DNA of 64,000 nt from an uncultured Verrucomicrobiae bacterium (GTDB lineage: Bacteria; Verrucomicrobiota; Verrucomicrobiia; Chthoniobacterales; UBA10450), in contig CAWFGO010000001.1 in assembly GCA_963815455.1 (NCBI GenBank), positions 832,001 through 896,000 of the forward strand. The letters are read 5' to 3'. Position 1 is the first letter of the stretch, and every line of letters starts with the position of its first letter. A program made the position numbers and the translations under genes. Below are positions 61,653 to 64,000 of the stretch, in pieces. Under the pieces are notes generated by a model, which did no database searches, had not been told where the DNA came from, and worked only from the letters and a program-made list of their open reading frames with translations.

Positions 61653-63262
61653 CCGAGTTGACTCGTCCCGTTCTTGTCCTTGGTGGTCTCTTTCTGGCCG
61701 GGCTCTGGTTCGTACTCTGCCGGCATCTAAGCGACGAATGGACGGTCAACGAACAATACAATTACGGCTGGTTCGTCCCTTTTTTTGCGCTCTTTCTTTT
61801 CTGGTTGCGGTGGGAGGCGCGTCCCGCGCCGGAGATCGGCGATCGGCGGCGAACGTGGGTCGCGGCGCTTATCGTTGTTTCCGCGCTTCTGTTGCTCTTA
61901 CCGGTCCGCGTCTTTGAAATCGGCAATCCCGATTGGCGGCCACTCAGTTGGTTCCATGCCGGTATTGTCGTCGCGATCACTTTGTTTGCGGTCTGGTTTG
62001 CCGGGGGCCGTCCCTGGCTGCGGCATTTCGCGTTTCCAATCGTTTTCTTTCTGGTCGCCGTGCCTTGGATCACGCCGATCGAGGTTCCGATCATCCAGGG
62101 CCTGATGCGATTTGTGGCCGGTTTCGCAACGGAAGCGGTTGCGCTGCTTGGAATTCCCGCAGAACTCGACGGCAATCTGATTCGGATCAACAACGGGCTG
62201 GTCGGCGTGAACGAAGCCTGCAGCGGCGTCCGCTCGTTTCAAACCTCGCTCATGATCGGCCTTCTTTTTGGCGAGCTAAAACGATTGTCGATCTTCAACC
62301 GGGTAGCGCTGGTTGCCGGCGCGATCGCCATCGCCGTGGTCGCCAATTTGGGGCGCGCCACTTTTCTGGTTTGGATCGCCGCCACCAAAAATATCTCCGA
62401 GGTTGATCGCTGGCACGATCTCGCCGGTTACGCAATCGTCGGGATTGTATTCGTCGGCTCGATGTTTTTGGCCGGCTGGCTGGCTAGGCAACAGAGGTCA
62501 CAGGTCGACTCTCCCTCTGGCCGCTCGTCACTCGTCACTCGTCACTTTTTTCGACTTCCTAATTTCTACTTTCTAATTCCGGCCGTGATTTGGATTGCGC
62601 TTGTCGAAATCGGCGCGGCGTCCTGGTACCGGGCGCACGAAACGAACCTGGCGGCGACAGCACGCTGGGATGTTCGCTGGCCGGAATCGGCGCCAAATTT
62701 TCACGAACTGAAAATTCAACAGGCAATCAAGAACACATTGCGCTTCGACGATGGCCGCGAGGTCGCCTGGCGCGAAGAAGCAGATTCGGCCAAGGGCGGA
62801 CTGTATCTGCTTTATTTTTTCCGCTGGGAGCCGGGAACATCGACGGTCCTGCGAGCACGCGCACATCGCCCCGATATCTGTCTGCCCAGTGCGGGCTGGC
62901 GACAAACCGCCGACGAAGGCACTCGTATGTACTCAGTAACAGACAAATTTGCGGTGCCATTTCATCATTTCGCCTTTACCCGCGAAGGCACGGTGCACTC
63001 CCCGCCGGTCTATGCTCATGCCTTCTTTTGTTTGCGCGAAGATACGGTGCGACCCGGTGAAGCGTCGCAGTTAAGCAAGAGTAACCCGGGCGACTGGTCG
63101 CGATCAGAGCGCTGGCGTGTTGTGCGCGAGGGAATTCGCAACCCGGGCCAGCAGGTGATGGAGTTTCTTATGGTGTCGCCGCACCAGCGTTCTAGCGCAG
63201 AAGCCGCGGAGCGCTTCGAACGGCTTCTTCCGGAACTAATCAAGGTGGAAGATAGAAAGTAG
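61619..63262 (+). CDS. Exosortase/archaeosortase-family protein with C-terminal EpsI-like domain
   Basis: W..N.QY.YGW, V.EACSG.RS (Cys), N..R, HD..G (His), H.PDICLP..GW. Confidence 0.9.
   Translation: MLPPSNRNRLSTELTRPVLVLGGLFLAGLWFVLCRHLSDEWTVNEQYNYGWFVPFFALFLFWLRWEARPAPEIGDRRRTWVAALIVVSALLLLLPVRVFEIGNPDWRPLSWFHAGIVVAITLFAVWFAGGRPWLRHFAFPIVFFLVAVPWITPIEVPIIQGLMRFVAGFATEAVALLGIPAELDGNLIRINNGLVGVNEACSGVRSFQTSLMIGLLFGELKRLSIFNRVALVAGAIAIAVVANLGRATFLVWIAATKNISEVDRWHDLAGYAIVGIVFVGSMFLAGWLARQQRSQVDSPSGRSSLVTRHFFRLPNFYFLIPAVIWIALVEIGAASWYRAHETNLAATARWDVRWPESAPNFHELKIQQAIKNTLRFDDGREVAWREEADSAKGGLYLLYFFRWEPGTSTVLRARAHRPDICLPSAGWRQTADEGTRMYSVTDKFAVPFHHFAFTREGTVHSPPVYAHAFFCLREDTVRPGEASQLSKSNPGDWSRSERWRVVREGIRNPGQQVMEFLMVSPHQRSSAEAAERFERLLPELIKVEDRK
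62492..62578. repeat. Composite heptamer arrays in frame within the exosortase linker
   Basis: cagaggt cacaggt; ctcgtca x3 (62524-62544); cttccta atttcta ctttcta (62555-62575). Confidence 0.75.
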
Positions 63263-63287
63263 GAATTACAAAGTAGGAAGTAGAAAA
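63253..63287 (+). repeat. Heptamer array TAGRAAG (5 units), left arm
   Basis: tagaaag taggaat tacaaag taggaag tagaaaa. Confidence 0.88.
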
Positions 63288-63291
63288 CGAG

Positions 63292-63655
63292 ATGGAAAAA
63301 GATCTGGAGCAACGAACGAAGCGATTCGCATTGGCGGTCATTAGATTTGTATCGGCGCTGCCGCGAACGCGCGAAGCAGACGTCTTGGGAAGACAGCTGT
63401 TGCGCTCGGCAACGTCCATCGGTGCAAATTATCGAGAGGCAAACCGCGGGGTGTCCCGGGCCGATTTCGCAAACAAGATCGGTACCGTCCAAAAGGAGGC
63501 TGCCGAAACGCAGTACCTGGCTGGAGCTGGTAACAGAATCCGGAACGGCAAAAGATCCGGCGGCTGATCTTCGCCGCGAGTCATCTGAGCTGCTTGCGAT
63601 TTTTGCAAGCATTGGCAAGAAACTCAAAGAGCAGTCGTCACCTTCTAATTTCTAA
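63292..63655 (+). CDS. Four-helix-bundle protein (23S rRNA IVP / Avd-like fold family), one frameshift
   Basis: DLEQRTKRFA, QLLRSATSIGANYREA, SRADF..KI..V.KEA.ET, then WLEL..E..EL.AIF. Confidence 0.9.
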
Positions 63656-63678
63656 TTTCTACTTCCTACTTCCTTCTA
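63641..63678 (-). repeat. Heptamer array, inverted right arm
   Basis: ccttcta atttcta atttcta cttccta cttcctt cta. Confidence 0.88.
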
Positions 63679-64000
63679 ATGCCTGCTGATTTCATGCTGA
63701 CCGCCGACGAGCGGCGACTCAAACAGCGCAAGCGTCGCCGCGTCGTCGTGCTCCTGCTCCTGTTCGTGCTCATGCTCGGCGCCCTATTTCTTGCCGGCCG
63801 CCCAACCATGAACGCGATCAAAGCCTGGCAGGCACGGCGGCATGCGCGAAGTGCATTTGCCAATATCGAAAAGGAAAAATGGCTGGATGCTCGCAAAGAA
63901 GCGACTGCTGCCTATCAGCTTCGTCCGACCGAACCGGAGGCGTTACGCGCGGTGGCGCGTTTCCTTTCCCGTACCCACCAAGTCGAAGCGCTCGATTTCT
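63679..64000 (+). CDS. Membrane-anchored TPR-like protein, runs off the window
   Basis: MPADFMLTADERRLKQRKRRR, TM helix, then WQARRHA..A..AYQLRP.EPEALR; open to the end. Confidence 0.7.
   Translation, partial: MPADFMLTADERRLKQRKRRRVVVLLLLFVLMLGALFLAGRPTMNAIKAWQARRHARSAFANIEKEKWLDARKEATAAYQLRPTEPEALRAVARFLSRTHQVEALDF

Noticed and set aside
44818..63655. Phase variation of EPS genes via frameshifts
   Set aside because: The breaks I examined are not at long homopolymers or simple repeats, and the pattern matches the errors elsewhere.
63292..63655. Four-helix bundle as the Avd of a diversity-generating retroelement
   Set aside because: No reverse transcriptase and no TR/VR repeat pair was seen in the window.
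1..64000. CRISPR array
   Set aside because: No regularly spaced 25-40 bp direct repeats with unique spacers and no cas genes. The repeats present are palindromes or 7-mers.

Overview
GC-rich bacterial chromosomal window. Gene content and repeat style suggest Verrucomicrobiota (Chthoniobacterales/Ca. Udaeobacter-like); this is an inference. Many genes at about 18-31 kb and 44-63 kb, including guaA, are broken by single-base frameshifts that look like long-read assembly errors. Content from left to right: (1) a PMT-like glycosyltransferase-TPR gene, RRM protein, infA and deoC; (2) a minus-strand satP-cbiX-GAF-DR2241-amidohydrolase-NtrC-family run; (3) spmAB, a ferredoxin reductase-like gene, and a receiver-pilT-pilT/U-pseudoreceiver cassette; (4) creD, an ABC permease, tRNA-Phe, aat, guaA and a large secreted BNR/Ig/dockerin protein; (5) a pupylation/UBact-type arc-dop pair split by a REP-flanked RAYT transposase; (6) a PGM1-like ATP-grasp ligase and tRNA-Asp; (7) a ~27 kb Wzx/Wzy exopolysaccharide/exosortase locus rich in tailoring enzymes. 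The most striking unexplained structure is a layer of small repeats. Period-7 tandem arrays of several sequence classes occur throughout. One inverted pair brackets a four-helix-bundle gene, and a same-class 'empty' inverted pair lies elsewhere. GTAG- and GTCAT-tagged palindromes also occur. Several of these repeats sit in frame inside proteins (CbiX, SpmAB, Dop, exosortase, carbamoyltransferase). No CRISPR array, rRNA, integrase or reverse transcriptase was seen.
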